The translations under genes were made by a program, and so were the position numbers. This document shows, piece by piece, positions 36,311-47,400 of a stretch of 64,000 bases of DNA (its first letter is position 1; every line of letters starts with the position of its first letter). The stretch comes from Candidatus Micrarchaeia archaeon. GTDB lineage: Archaea; Micrarchaeota; Micrarchaeia; Anstonellales; Bilamarchaeaceae. Below the pieces are notes generated by a model. It was not told the origin of the DNA, did no database searches, and was given only the letters and a program-made list of their open reading frames with translations. The DNA is taken from positions 34,630 through 98,629 of the forward strand of contig JAXLQI010000002.1 in NCBI GenBank assembly GCA_046331685.1, given 5' to 3'.

Positions 36311-37816
36311 ATGAGCGAATCCTTGGGAGTCATCATAGCCGCCGAAGAATCCCCGTCGACTTCCGAATTCTCCTTCGTCGTCAAGGACCGGGGCGTAAAG
36401 AAAGGCCAGTTCGTATCCGTGCGCCATGGAAACGGCACGATGTTCGGCTTCGTCTCGGAAGTATTCAAATCCAACCGGTACTACGAGCGTGCGGAGAGCG
36501 TGGCTGAATTCGAGCGCACATCTGGGGTGGCATCACAGTTCCCCTCAGGCTCCTGGGAGTACACCATCGGCGCTGTCAAGATACTCGGCGTGTTCAGCGG
36601 CCGTTTCGAGCGGGCGTTCACCCCCCCGTCCCCGGGGGCGGAAGTGAAGATCGCAGACGCTTCGGTCCTGAAGGCTTTCCTCGGCTTCGACCCCGGGGGC
36701 CTCCACCTCGGGGCGATCGAGCACCACGACGTCGCCGCGGATATCTCTATGACGCGGCTCCTGCAGAAGCATTTCGCGATATTGGCGATGAGCGGCGCCG
36801 GCAAATCGCACCTTGCCAGCGTGCTGCTCGAGGAGCTTCTGGACAGGAAAGCCGAGCAGGGCCGGGTCGCGGTGATAATCATCGACATCCACGGCGAGTA
36901 CATCGGATTCGGCTTCGACCCGCATTACGGGGGCCGGACCAAGATAATCGACGGGGGCGAGATCTGCATCCCCCTCAAGAAAGTCCCGGCCGAGGCGCTG
37001 ATGGAATGGCTGCCCCACCTCTCATCGGTCCAGCGTGATGTCCTGCGACAGGTCGTCGCCGCCCTGCGGTCGGAGAAGAAAGACTCGAAAGGGTTCTCTT
37101 TCAAGGACCTCGAAGAAGCGGTCATGGCCTGCGACCAGGACGATAAGACCAAGCGGGCCCTCCGGCGCAGCCTTCACGAGCTCCGGCGATACCACTTCCT
37201 CTCCCCGAACGATGAGAAGCCACGCCTGGTATCAGACGTCTCCCCCGGCCGCCTCCTCGTCCTGGACTTCAGCACGATCGATTCGCTCCGCAAGAAGCAG
37301 ATCCTGGTCTCCCTGATGGCAAAGAGGCTTTTCCATCTCCGCAAGAAGAACATGATCCCGCCTTTCCTCCTCGTCATCGAGGAGGCCCATAATTTCGCCA
37401 GGGAGAAAGCCGAAGAGAGCGAAGCGGTTTCAAGGAGCATAATAGAGACAATCGCGAGGGAAGGGAGGAAATTCGGCGCTTCGCTCTGCCTCATCAGCCA
37501 GCGGCCGGTCAACCTCAGCACGACCGCCCTCTCCCAGTGCAACACCCACATCATACTGAGGGTGACGAACCCCAATGACCTCGACCATATCCAGATGAGC
37601 TCGGAGGGGATCGACTCGCGCGTAGCCAAAAGCATCACATCGCTGAAAGTCGGCGAAGCGATCATCGTCGGAGAGGCCGTGAACTACCCCCTCTTCATCA
37701 ACGTGCGCGACCGGAAATCGAAAAAGCGCGAGAGGGGGGCCCCGCTGCACATCCAGGCGATCGAGTTCGAGGAGAAAAGGGCGAAGAGGGAGAAGAACGC
37801 CGAATCCTTCATCTGA
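36311..37816 (+). CDS. herA: HerA/FtsK-family (DUF87) ATPase with HAS barrel
   Basis: HFAILAMSGAGKS, IDIHGEY, IEEAHNF, IAREGRKFG, SQRP. Confidence 0.92.
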   Translation: MSESLGVIIAAEESPSTSEFSFVVKDRGVKKGQFVSVRHGNGTMFGFVSEVFKSNRYYERAESVAEFERTSGVASQFPSGSWEYTIGAVKILGVFSGRFERAFTPPSPGAEVKIADASVLKAFLGFDPGGLHLGAIEHHDVAADISMTRLLQKHFAILAMSGAGKSHLASVLLEELLDRKAEQGRVAVIIIDIHGEYIGFGFDPHYGGRTKIIDGGEICIPLKKVPAEALMEWLPHLSSVQRDVLRQVVAALRSEKKDSKGFSFKDLEEAVMACDQDDKTKRALRRSLHELRRYHFLSPNDEKPRLVSDVSPGRLLVLDFSTIDSLRKKQILVSLMAKRLFHLRKKNMIPPFLLVIEEAHNFAREKAEESEAVSRSIIETIAREGRKFGASLCLISQRPVNLSTTALSQCNTHIILRVTNPNDLDHIQMSSEGIDSRVAKSITSLKVGEAIIVGEAVNYPLFINVRDRKSKKRERGAPLHIQAIEFEEKRAKREKNAESFI

Positions 37817-37854
37817 AGATGACGCTTTTTAATCCTTAATCCCGATATAGCGCC

Positions 37855-38661
37855 ATGCTCAAGCGGACCATCCTCGCGGCGATCCTACTCGTAACCCTGT
37901 CATCGGCCATCAACCTCGTATCCCCGGGGGTGAGCATAAAGAACGGCGATGTGATAGACCTCGGGACGATCGGGCCAGGCCAGACAGTGTCCATACTCAT
38001 CGACCCCAAAGTCTCGAGCGGCGGTATCCACGGGATCGGAGGGCGCTACGACCAGGCCGTCGCAGAAGACCTGCCCCGCGGATGGGCGAGCTCCGAGAGC
38101 AAGCTCTACCAGGACCCCCTCCAGCTCACGATAACCGCGGATCCGGATTCACCGGAAGGCAACTACACCGTGAGAGTCAAGGTCATAGACGAGAACGACG
38201 GGGAGAAGCTGGGGAACATCACATTCGATGTCAAGGTCAGGATCACATACGACGTCATGGATTTCGACGTTTCCCCCAAATACCTGAACGTCGGCCCGGG
38301 CCAGCCTGCCCGCTTCGCGATCACCATCACCAACAAAGGCTCGACGAGCGACGTCTTCTCGGTGAGCGCCGACGGCCCGAAGAGATGGATGTTCAGGAAA
38401 CCGGTCTTCGTCCCTGCCCAGAGCTCCAAGACCATCTATTACGAGATCGTGGCCACGGAGGAAGAGACATACAAAGCGACGGTGCGCGTCGTCTCGCTCG
38501 CGAGCAGGAACATCGGCGACGAGCAGAACGTGACCCTTTTCGTGGGCTCGGACGTCTTCGGCGACTACAGGTCGACCAACAACGGAGTCCTGGTCTTCCC
38601 TATCTTCGAGGCGCCGATCTATTCCCTCGCCGGGCTGATATCGAACCTCTTCCCCAAATGA
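37855..38661 (+). CDS. Secreted Ig-like (COG1470-type) protein
   Basis: Signal peptide, LPRGW, GNYTV, ITITNKG beta-sandwich motifs. Confidence 0.75.
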   Translation: MLKRTILAAILLVTLSSAINLVSPGVSIKNGDVIDLGTIGPGQTVSILIDPKVSSGGIHGIGGRYDQAVAEDLPRGWASSESKLYQDPLQLTITADPDSPEGNYTVRVKVIDENDGEKLGNITFDVKVRITYDVMDFDVSPKYLNVGPGQPARFAITITNKGSTSDVFSVSADGPKRWMFRKPVFVPAQSSKTIYYEIVATEEETYKATVRVVSLASRNIGDEQNVTLFVGSDVFGDYRSTNNGVLVFPIFEAPIYSLAGLISNLFPK

Positions 38662-38691
38662 TAAAAAACGCTCTACACACTCTTATCCTCA

Positions 38692-40239
38692 ATGTCACGA
38701 AAGGAGGCCATCTCACGCATCATCGGGCGCATACTCAGCGGGGAGGCCGACATCGAGAAGATAAAGCGGGAATCCTCCAGGGAATTCAGCACGAGCTCTA
38801 TCATAACGAACCCTGAGATCATCGGGGCATTCCCCAAAGACCGGCTCGACGGCCGGATAAGGGAGCTGCTCCTCAAGAAGCCCGCGAAGACCCTCTCGGG
38901 CGTCACTCCCGTCGCCGTGATGATCAAGCCCCAGAGCTCCTGCAGATGGGGGTGCATCTACTGCCCTTACACGGGCCTGGCGGCGAAAAGCTATACCGGG
39001 TTCGAGCCTGCGGCTCTCCGGGGCAGACAGTTCGGATTCGACCCCTACATGCAGGCATCCAGCCGTGTCAGGCAGTACGAAGGAGGGGGGCACCCGACCG
39101 ACAAATGCGAGGTGATCGTGATGGGCGGCACCTTCCTGGAGATGGACCAGGGATACAAATCATCATTCATCAAAGGCATCTACGACGGGCTGAACGGCTT
39201 CCGGTCCGAGACCCTGGTCCGCTCCATCGAGAACAACGAAAAGAACCGGAAGCACCGTGTGGTCGGCCTCACTATCGAGACGCGGCCGGACGTATGCACA
39301 GACCACATAGGCGAGATGCTCTCATACGGGGCCACCCGGGTGGAGCTGGGGGTCCAGCATGCGGATGACGGCATATATAAGACGATCAACCGCGGCCACA
39401 CCGTGAAAGACGTCACCGACTCCACAAGAGAGCTGAAAGACGCCGCCTTCAAAGTCCTCTACCATATAATGCCCGGGCTCCCTGGCTCGGACCGCGGGAA
39501 AGACATCGAATCCTCCAGGCGCCTCTTCGAGGACGAAAGCCTCAGGCCAGACATGCTGAAGATCTACCCAACCCTTGTCGTCGGAGGGACGGTCCTGAAG
39601 AAGATGATGGACGAAGGGAGATACACCCCGTATTCCAGCGAGGAAGCAGCCGATGTCATCTCCGAATTCTACCGTCATATACCGAAATACGTCAGGGTGA
39701 TGAGGATACAGCGCGATATACCCGCCGACAGGATAGACCGGGGAGTGAAGAAGAGCAACCTGAGGGAGATGGTCGAGCAGAGGATCAGGGAGAAAGGGAT
39801 AAGGCCGATGGAGATCCGGTGCCGCGAAGTCGGGGTCTCCAGGAGAAAGGCGGTCGACATGGAGGGATTCCGCATCGAGAGGATGGATTACCGGGCGAGC
39901 AAGGGAAAGGAGACCTTCCTCTCCTACGAGAATGAATCCGGGCTCGTCGCCGGCTTCATACGCCTCCGCATCCCGGGGGAGGGGAGAAGGCCGGAGATAA
40001 CGCCAGGGACAGCCCTGATCCGCGAGCTGCACATCTATGGATCAGAAGTCCCGATCGAAGGCGACGGGAAGGTACAGCACCGCGGCCTCGGGATGAACCT
40101 GCTCAAAGAGGCCGAATCGAACGCCCGCGACCTTGGCATGACGAAGATGGTCATAATAAGCGGTGTCGGAGTCCGCGAATACTACCGCAGGCACGGATAT
40201 GGGCTGGAAGGCCCCTACATGGCCAAAAGGCTATCCTGA
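38692..40239 (+). CDS. elp3: Elp3 tRNA U34 carboxymethyltransferase (radical SAM + GNAT)
   Basis: TLSGVTPVAVM, C..GCIYCP, IETRPD, RIQRDIP, RELHIYG, ISGVGVREYY. Confidence 0.97.
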   Translation: MSRKEAISRIIGRILSGEADIEKIKRESSREFSTSSIITNPEIIGAFPKDRLDGRIRELLLKKPAKTLSGVTPVAVMIKPQSSCRWGCIYCPYTGLAAKSYTGFEPAALRGRQFGFDPYMQASSRVRQYEGGGHPTDKCEVIVMGGTFLEMDQGYKSSFIKGIYDGLNGFRSETLVRSIENNEKNRKHRVVGLTIETRPDVCTDHIGEMLSYGATRVELGVQHADDGIYKTINRGHTVKDVTDSTRELKDAAFKVLYHIMPGLPGSDRGKDIESSRRLFEDESLRPDMLKIYPTLVVGGTVLKKMMDEGRYTPYSSEEAADVISEFYRHIPKYVRVMRIQRDIPADRIDRGVKKSNLREMVEQRIREKGIRPMEIRCREVGVSRRKAVDMEGFRIERMDYRASKGKETFLSYENESGLVAGFIRLRIPGEGRRPEITPGTALIRELHIYGSEVPIEGDGKVQHRGLGMNLLKEAESNARDLGMTKMVIISGVGVREYYRRHGYGLEGPYMAKRLS

Positions 40240-41052
40240 TGTCTTGAGGGAAAGCTTCTCTTCATCGTTGAACTGGCGCAGGATCTCATCCTGCTGCTTG
40301 AGCAGATCGAGATACTCCTTCTGCAGTCCCGCGAACCCGGCCTCTTCCTCGTCGCTGAAGGTCCGGATCTGCCGCTCAGCGTTCCGGAGCTGGATGACCG
40401 TGTTGATCGCATGGATCTTCTTAAGGTTCTCCTCGAGCAGCTTCTTCCCCTCCTCGCTGATCCACACCTGCCGGTTCGACACTTCCAGACGGACCTCACG
40501 CGCGCCTTCCTGCTCCGCGGCCCTCAGCTCTCCGGATACGGATTCGCATGAAATCCCGCACCTGCGCAGGCACCGCGCCAGGCTGTTCGCTGCATTCTCG
40601 TCGAGAGGGGAAAGCCCTATCGGGCCGGCCAACGCCCCCGAAGATACGGCGGCGGAAAGCTCCTGCCTCTCTTTGGCCCCTAATCCTGATGCCAGAATGG
40701 ATATCTTCGCTATCTCCAGCCTGTTCTCGAAATTCCTTTTGACGATGAATCCGCGCTCCCGCAGTATCTCATACACCCTGCCGTCGCGCACCTTCATCGC
40801 CTCCCTGACGGAGTCAGGCGGGAACTCATCAAGGGTTTTGCCGAGCTCATCCAGCTTCTTGAGGCAGGGTATCATGATCTCTATCCCGGCAGCACTGATC
40901 TTCGATGATATCTCCGATGCGTTCTGGGAGACCGCCTTCGATTCGGCATCTTCGGTGCCGTACACCCTCCTCTTGAATTCGAATTCAGCCCTTTTTTTGT
41001 TTAGCTCTAAAAGTCTTGAGATCTCTCTGGCCGTTATTTCCATGTTTCCCAC
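40231..41052 (-). CDS. Hypothetical coiled-coil protein
   Basis: 273-aa charged helical ORF, co-oriented with the S16 protease. Confidence 0.75.
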   Translation of the reverse strand: MGNMEITAREISRLLELNKKRAEFEFKRRVYGTEDAESKAVSQNASEISSKISAAGIEIMIPCLKKLDELGKTLDEFPPDSVREAMKVRDGRVYEILRERGFIVKRNFENRLEIAKISILASGLGAKERQELSAAVSSGALAGPIGLSPLDENAANSLARCLRRCGISCESVSGELRAAEQEGAREVRLEVSNRQVWISEEGKKLLEENLKKIHAINTVIQLRNAERQIRTFSDEEEAGFAGLQKEYLDLLKQQDEILRQFNDEEKLSLKTSG

Positions 41053-42679
41053 TTGTCAACAATAATACCACGACAATCAATAAAAAGATTGAGATGATGG
41101 CCGCTGCGTATATCAGAGCGGTGTCATCCCTCGCAGGGCTCTCTTCCGCAGGCTGGGGCCTGGCCGCTGCCAGCCCCTTCATCCGAAGGGTGTCATCCTC
41201 TATCGCAATCGCATACCTCTCGGTCTGGAGCGCCGGGCTGGTGAGGTTCTGGGCATAGAGGAAAGCCGCATGGGACTCGTATACGCTGCCCCAAAGGGAG
41301 GCCTTCCTGCCGCCTATCGCGCTTTCGTTGCCGGGATCCACAGCCCCACCTTCTGTCTGGAGGACGTATTCCGCGTCATAGATCGCCGCTCCGAACTGGC
41401 CCTTGTCGAACGATCCGGAAGCGGAATTCAGCTTCGATGCCGTATCAGTGGCCGTCGTGCCCTTGAGCCGCGCCTGCCTGATCTTCTGCTCGGCGAGGGG
41501 TTTCCATGCCCCCTCATCCACCGGCGTACCCCCTGCCGGAGCCGCCGCGACCAGTCCCTTCGCGACATCGCACCACATCTGCGCGTACATGAGATCGTTG
41601 AAGACGACGAACCTCTCATCAGCGGTCCGCGTCTGCGATGCGTCTATCGAATTCAGGCGTTCGTAAGCCCATTGGATGCGCTGGTCGGCTCCGATCACCC
41701 ATTCGTAGTTGCGATCGGTGAGAGCGGGCCTCTTTATCCCCGTGAGGCATTTGCCTATCTCGCCCTTTGTGCGGGCCAGGTCGGCCGAGCCGTTGAGGAC
41801 TATCTTTATGCTGGACAGGTCGATGTTGTTGAGGAAGGCTTCGTTTGCCGCGCTGAAATAATATCCGCCCGCGGCGATCGCCTTCTGCCTCTTGACCTCA
41901 TTATCAAAGTAATCCCTGATCGCCTTGGTATCCTCATGGCCGTCCGAGATGGACGCGGTGAGGTTCCGCTCGTTCTCTATCATGCTCTCGGCGAGCGGGG
42001 CGAGCGCTTTCGATGCACCCGCATCATAGCCCGGCAGGGCGGGTATCTCCCTATTCCGGACGACCAGCCCGTCCTGCTCTATGCTCTTGTTCTCGGTCAT
42101 GAAACCTATGACCTCCTGCACCTTCCGTGCCTGGAGGACCTTGATCCCGTAGTCCTTCTCTATGTCCCTCAGGAGGAGCATCTCGTAGAAGCTCTCCTCC
42201 GGGGTGATGAAATACCTGGCGTGGACGCTCGCGGCGCCTTTGGCCTTCTCGAGCAGGCCCCCCACTGCCCCGACGTTGCCTGCCTTGTCTATGGTGCCGG
42301 TGATTATAGTGTCGTTCCGGAGCTGCCTGCCTTCGATCAGGGCATATGTCATGACCGTGAGCGCGGTGCCGGCGCTTGGTCCGTCGATGAGGTCGGTGGT
42401 CGGCTTCGCTCCGAAGTCCACCAGCACGTCGCAGTCCCCGCCCCCGTTCGCGAGCTTGTATGCGTAAAAGGCCGCCTGCTCGACCGAATCCTGCGTGCTC
42501 GTGCCGGTCCGCGGGAATACACTTACGAAAGCAGTGCCGTGCCCCGGGACGAGATCTATGGTCACATTGACCAGGCCGCCGCCATCGCCGACAACAGCCG
42601 GCACGTATCCTGAGATCGAGCCCTGGCACTGGGCCATAGCAAGCGAGATGAATGCGATTAGGAGGAGAAAAAAACGCAT
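40985..42679 (-). CDS. Secreted Lon-like S16 serine protease, C-terminal TM
   Basis: IDGPSAG (Ser), TGTI..VGGLLEKAKGA (Lys), signal peptide. Confidence 0.9.
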   Translation of the reverse strand: MRFFLLLIAFISLAMAQCQGSISGYVPAVVGDGGGLVNVTIDLVPGHGTAFVSVFPRTGTSTQDSVEQAAFYAYKLANGGGDCDVLVDFGAKPTTDLIDGPSAGTALTVMTYALIEGRQLRNDTIITGTIDKAGNVGAVGGLLEKAKGAASVHARYFITPEESFYEMLLLRDIEKDYGIKVLQARKVQEVIGFMTENKSIEQDGLVVRNREIPALPGYDAGASKALAPLAESMIENERNLTASISDGHEDTKAIRDYFDNEVKRQKAIAAGGYYFSAANEAFLNNIDLSSIKIVLNGSADLARTKGEIGKCLTGIKRPALTDRNYEWVIGADQRIQWAYERLNSIDASQTRTADERFVVFNDLMYAQMWCDVAKGLVAAAPAGGTPVDEGAWKPLAEQKIRQARLKGTTATDTASKLNSASGSFDKGQFGAAIYDAEYVLQTEGGAVDPGNESAIGGRKASLWGSVYESHAAFLYAQNLTSPALQTERYAIAIEDDTLRMKGLAAARPQPAEESPARDDTALIYAAAIISIFLLIVVVLLLTSGKHGNNGQRDLKTFRAKQKKG

Positions 42680-42731
42680 GCCTTTTTTTCTCTGGCTACC
42701 TTAATAAAGTATTGCTTGGAAATATAATATC

Positions 42732-43454
42732 ATGGATAAAGCCCTAGAACGCAAACTTACGAGCCTGCGGAAGAACATCAGGAAACTCGACAGCGCCCTC
42801 GTCGCATTCTCCGGCGGAGTCGACAGCACCTTCCTCACCCGCATCTGCCGGGAAGAGCTCGGCGAGAAAGCGGTGGCCGTCACCACATTATCCTCATCCT
42901 ACCCCCGCTCAGAGCTCTCTCTCGCACGGAGGGTAGCCAAGATCGTCGGAGTGAAACACGTGGTCGTGGACCCGTCGAACGGATCATCAGGGTCCAGGGA
43001 CATGTGCCGGGGCTCAAACATATACAGCTGCCTCAAAAGCGTCGCCATGAGGATGAAAGTGAATAATGTCCTCGACGGCTCCCATATGGATGACGCATCA
43101 GAGAAAGGCAATAGCTTCCTCGCCGCGAAAAAGGCGGGCATAAAGAGCCCCCTCCTGGAATCCGACCTGACGAAAGCCGAGATCAGGCTGCTCGCCAAGG
43201 AGTTCGGCCTCCCCAACTGGGACAAGCCGGAATCCTCCTCATCCAGATCGAGGAACAAGCCGAGCAAGACCGAAGCCGCCAAGAACTTCATCAAAGGCTT
43301 CGGGAGCGGGGCGAGCCTGGAGGCGAGCGGAAGCAAGGCGGTCATCTCCGGGAGCAAGGCCGTGATCTCATCGCTCGCCAAGAACATCGAGTCTATCGAG
43401 AAGAAGCTCAAGTCGCTGGGATTCTCAGAAGTGATGCTCAAGCTGTCTACCTGA
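42732..43454 (+). CDS. LarE-like PP-loop protein (degenerate)
   Basis: VAFSGGVDS, DGSHMDD, SPL..LTKAEIR, LPNWDKP. Confidence 0.8.
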   Translation: MDKALERKLTSLRKNIRKLDSALVAFSGGVDSTFLTRICREELGEKAVAVTTLSSSYPRSELSLARRVAKIVGVKHVVVDPSNGSSGSRDMCRGSNIYSCLKSVAMRMKVNNVLDGSHMDDASEKGNSFLAAKKAGIKSPLLESDLTKAEIRLLAKEFGLPNWDKPESSSSRSRNKPSKTEAAKNFIKGFGSGASLEASGSKAVISGSKAVISSLAKNIESIEKKLKSLGFSEVMLKLST

Positions 43455-43475
43455 AGGGCTTCATCCTCGTCCCCC

Positions 43476-44051
43476 TCAGGCCACTTTCTTGAATGCGAGG
43501 ATCCCCTTCTCTGTCCTGAAGAACTCATATCCCTCGGACAGGTAGAGCTTCTCCAGCGCGCTTCCGGCCTCGGTGATATAATCGGCTATGTTCCCCTTAG
43601 GGATATCCTCATAGAGATAGCCGATCGTGTATCTGAGGCCTGAATCGACGGCTTCCTTCTCGCGCTCGGAGAGGAGGATCCTGCGGATGCCCCTGCCCTC
43701 GTAGGCGAGGAGGACGGCCGGGTCTTCCAGATACAGGGCGTTTGGCTCGCCGCTCATTATCCTTTTGGTATCAAGATCGACCTTGGCAGGCCAGGCGAGG
43801 CCCACCCCGACGAGCATCCGGTTGACGGTCGCTCCGAAGCTCTTGCCGTAAGCGACTATATTGCTGACCTCGACCTCGGTCACGTCGAAAGCGCATTTGC
43901 GCATCACTTTGACGCAGTTCTCGATGTCCTCAGGGTCGTTCGCGTCCAGCCTCTTGACCTCGACCTCTTCTTCATCGAGAAGATGGACGAACTTTTTTTT
44001 CGGGGCTTCCGCCTCCTGCTTCTTCTCGGTTTGCTTGAAAGACTCGACCAT
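43476..44051 (-). CDS. GNAT-fold protein
   Basis: V..AYEGRGIRRIL, LYLSEGY. Confidence 0.7.
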   Translation of the reverse strand: MVESFKQTEKKQEAEAPKKKFVHLLDEEEVEVKRLDANDPEDIENCVKVMRKCAFDVTEVEVSNIVAYGKSFGATVNRMLVGVGLAWPAKVDLDTKRIMSGEPNALYLEDPAVLLAYEGRGIRRILLSEREKEAVDSGLRYTIGYLYEDIPKGNIADYITEAGSALEKLYLSEGYEFFRTEKGILAFKKVA

Positions 44052-44057
44052 ATCCCT

Positions 44058-44399
44058 TCACATGAACCGCGTATTGCATGCCGGGCACTGTGTCAGCATG
44101 GCTTCCATCTTGTACCCGCAGATAGGACATACATAAAAGGTTTTATTAGCCCTCTCTAATTCGGCCTCGAAGTTGTACCGGCATTTGGTGCAGCTTTTCA
44201 CGTCGAGCTCGTTCAGCGTCTGGCATTTCGGGCACTTCCTCCTGAACATGCTCTTGACGCGGATCCCGCACTTGGGGCAGCGCGCCATGCTCAGGTTTAT
44301 CGTCTCCCCGCAGTTCGGGCACTTCTGGACCTGCCCTTTGCGGTCCGACGAGGCACCGGGCCCGTGCATGAAGTTCTTCAGGACGTCTCCGATCCCCAT
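44058..44399 (-). CDS. Multi zinc-ribbon protein
   Basis: Six CxxC pairs. Confidence 0.85.
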   Translation of the reverse strand: MGIGDVLKNFMHGPGASSDRKGQVQKCPNCGETINLSMARCPKCGIRVKSMFRRKCPKCQTLNELDVKSCTKCRYNFEAELERANKTFYVCPICGYKMEAMLTQCPACNTRFM

Positions 44400-44400
44400 G

Positions 44401-47400
44401 TCATCCGCTCAGCGTGCAGCTCACGTCGTAATCCTTCAGGGGTATCGGGACATTGCAGAAAGTCTGGGCCTTCTCAATGGACCGGATATCGGCATTGAGG
44501 CCGCAGTCGACCTCCTGGTCGCCGATCTTCGAGAAGGCGATCGGCTTGTTGACCTGGTTCGAGGTGGATTTCTTGACATAGCTGTACCTGCGGCCGCCCT
44601 GGTCCTCGAGGCAGCATTTGCTGGTCCGTGGGATCCCACCGATTATGTCGAGGTAGACGTCGGAGCTCAGGTCGGTCATGCTGCCGTTCCTGGCCTCGAC
44701 CGTGCCGTTCGCGTAAGAGAAGGTGCAGTCATAGGTCCCGGGAAGGTCCTTGCACAGCGGGCAGCGGCTTCCGGCCGGGTCGTCCACGACCGTGTTCTCC
44801 GGGCATCTGAAGCTCCCCTTGATATCAGCCTCGGAGAACCCTGCCGGGGGGACGCATTTGATCGCGTCGTCGCATTTGAGGGCATCGTCGTTGCATAGGC
44901 CCTGAGCCTTCTCGAGGCTGCTGCAGGGCACGCACTCGGATACGTTGACAGCGTTCGTGAGCTGGTAGACCGCGATGGGCGGGGAGGACGTCATCCTCTG
45001 CATCGCCTTCTCGAGGGCGCACATCTTCGAGTTGGAGGTCCCGATGCCGCCGTTCACATCCTCGAGGCCTATCGCAGGGCCTTTGATGGTGCTCGGGGGT
45101 ATGATGAGCTCGAACTGCCTCGCCGGCGAATAGATTATCCCGGTGAGCCCGGCCTTGATCAGCTGGTCCTGGTCGAGCACGATCGCATCGAACAGGGCTG
45201 TCTGCTTGTCGCGGGTGTTCCAGATCGAGTCAGCGCTGTCCAGGTTGAGGCCCACCACCATCGTGGGCTTGCCGTATTTCTGGAGGATCGCGAGCGAATA
45301 ACCATAGATCGAGTCGGCGATGTACTGGCTGTAGTTGGCGGTGAGATTGGCGGAAGGGTCGAGCGATGTCACGTACGCGCCGAATGCAGGCAGCTCGCCC
45401 GTGTGCGAGCTGATCGCATAGTCGTATGTGACCATGTCCACGGAGAATTTCGTGTTCAGGTTGGTGGTGAACACCCCTCCTGCCGTGTCGGAGAGGCTCT
45501 GGTTGCTCGCAGCGCCGGTGACGTGGAACGCGGTCAGGCATCCGAAGCACCTGCTGTGGATCAATGCGCTCCGGTCCCCTATCTCGGTGGCCTTGTCAGA
45601 CGCATCGCTCGCGTTCGCCACGCGGTCCACTATGACCACGGCCGCGCCCGTGTTCCCGACGAGCCTCTGGAAGTCATACTCATCGAGCTTCTCGTTCCAG
45701 TTCGAGGCGTCGCTCAGGTCGAGCACAGGCATGACGCCGGCTTTCATGTAGTTCCCGAACCTCTCCTTGAGGACGCTCGCCTCAGGGACGGTCCGCGGGC
45801 CGGGAGGCTTCGCTCCGTCCTCGACGCTGAAGTCGTTCGCGTCGGTGATGAGATTATTGGCGCACCGCAGCTCGTTCGATCTTCCAACGCAGATCTTCCT
45901 CTGGAGGGGGGTCAGGTCCACGGTCCCGCCGTTGTCCACATTGCCGATCCCAAGGGGCACGTAAGTGTCGTTCGTTGCGGTTATGGTCTGGTACGCCAGC
46001 GTGGATGTCGTGCAGGGTTCGCACCAGCCGTACGTCCTGATCTTCGGCATGCCCGACGCGGCATCGAGGGCGCATTTGCCGATCTTCTGGTTGTTGTTGT
46101 CATAGAACAGCACGATATACTTGCTGTAGAGGATGTCGTAAGTAGGCTTCACCCCTTCTGCCCAGAAGTAATAGTTCTTATCCTCGTCATCGTTGTGATG
46201 GTACGGGTTGACGTAATATCCTGAGTTGAGGCCGCGGAGCGCGCAGAGCGAAGCCTCGCTCGCCGAAGTGTATGTCTCGCTGAACCTGTTGATCTTCCTC
46301 TCCCCGATAGCGATCTCGTTCGCGAGGAGGAAGTTCGATGCCCCGCCTCCCATGTACGGCTGGACCGGGTGCGGGCGCTTATCCACGTTGATGACCCAGG
46401 GAAGGCCGGTGAAGAAGAAATCATAGAAATACGACCGTGCCTGGACGGGCGCATCATCGTAAAGCTTGCCTGCATCGGCTCCGCAGTCGTCTCCTGTCGA
46501 GATCGCCTTCATGCCGCTGAACCTGCTCCTGAAGTATCCTGTGAAAACGTCCTTGAGCGGGCCCCACTGCGTCGGGTCGTTGGGCACAGCGACGATATCA
46601 TAATCCACCCCTCCCCCCACCATCTCGCAGTTCTTCACGACAAGCAGGTTTTTCACGTCGCTCTGGGTGGCTAGCGCGTACCCTATGACCTTGCGTCCAT
46701 TATATGTCGCCTGCGGCTCCACGTTGCCGAAGAACAGCGCTCCTCCGGCCGGCGGGCCGTTCGACACTTCGGCGAAATTATTGTTCCAGCTGCCATCAGT
46801 GTAGTTATACCAGTAGAGATAGGTCGAGGCGGTGTTCGTTATGTCCCCGACATCGGTGGATTTCTTCGCCTGGGTGAAATACGAGCTGCTCATCACGTTC
46901 GGGCAGTTGACCTGCCAGCCGTCGTTGCCCCCGCCGAAGTAGTAGGCGCCCGAATATATGTAATTGACGAAGCTGTCCAGGTGGTTCGAATCGAATATGC
47001 CGCACAAACCGTCCCCTCCCTCGACCCAGGACTGCCCGTCGAAGTGCGTGGTCCTCGCCGATACCTTGGCGTATTTCCGGTTCGGGGCGGTGTTGGGGCC
47101 GGTCAGGGTGACGTTCACCGTGGGCGCGCAGATGATCTTCGTCGTCCTGCTTTCGTCGGTGTAGCTTTCGCAGTCGGTGACGACCTCCTGCGACTGGCCG
47201 CTCTCGTCCTGGGGCGTCAGCATCACCACCCTGTTGTATGTGGTCGTGCCGCATATCCCTGAGAAGCACTCCGTCGAAGCGACGTCGCATTCGAATGGCG
47301 CCCGCGTCGTGTTCTTCTTGACCGGGTTCAGCCCGTAGACCGTGTCGGCATGCGCGATCGACAGCCATTTCTTGTAGAAGCTGTCGTCGATCTTCTTGTT

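Noticed and set aside
40163-42613. Long + strand ORFs (300 and 447 aa) and similar antisense ORFs throughout
   Set aside because: Shadow ORFs of GC-rich genes on the opposite strand
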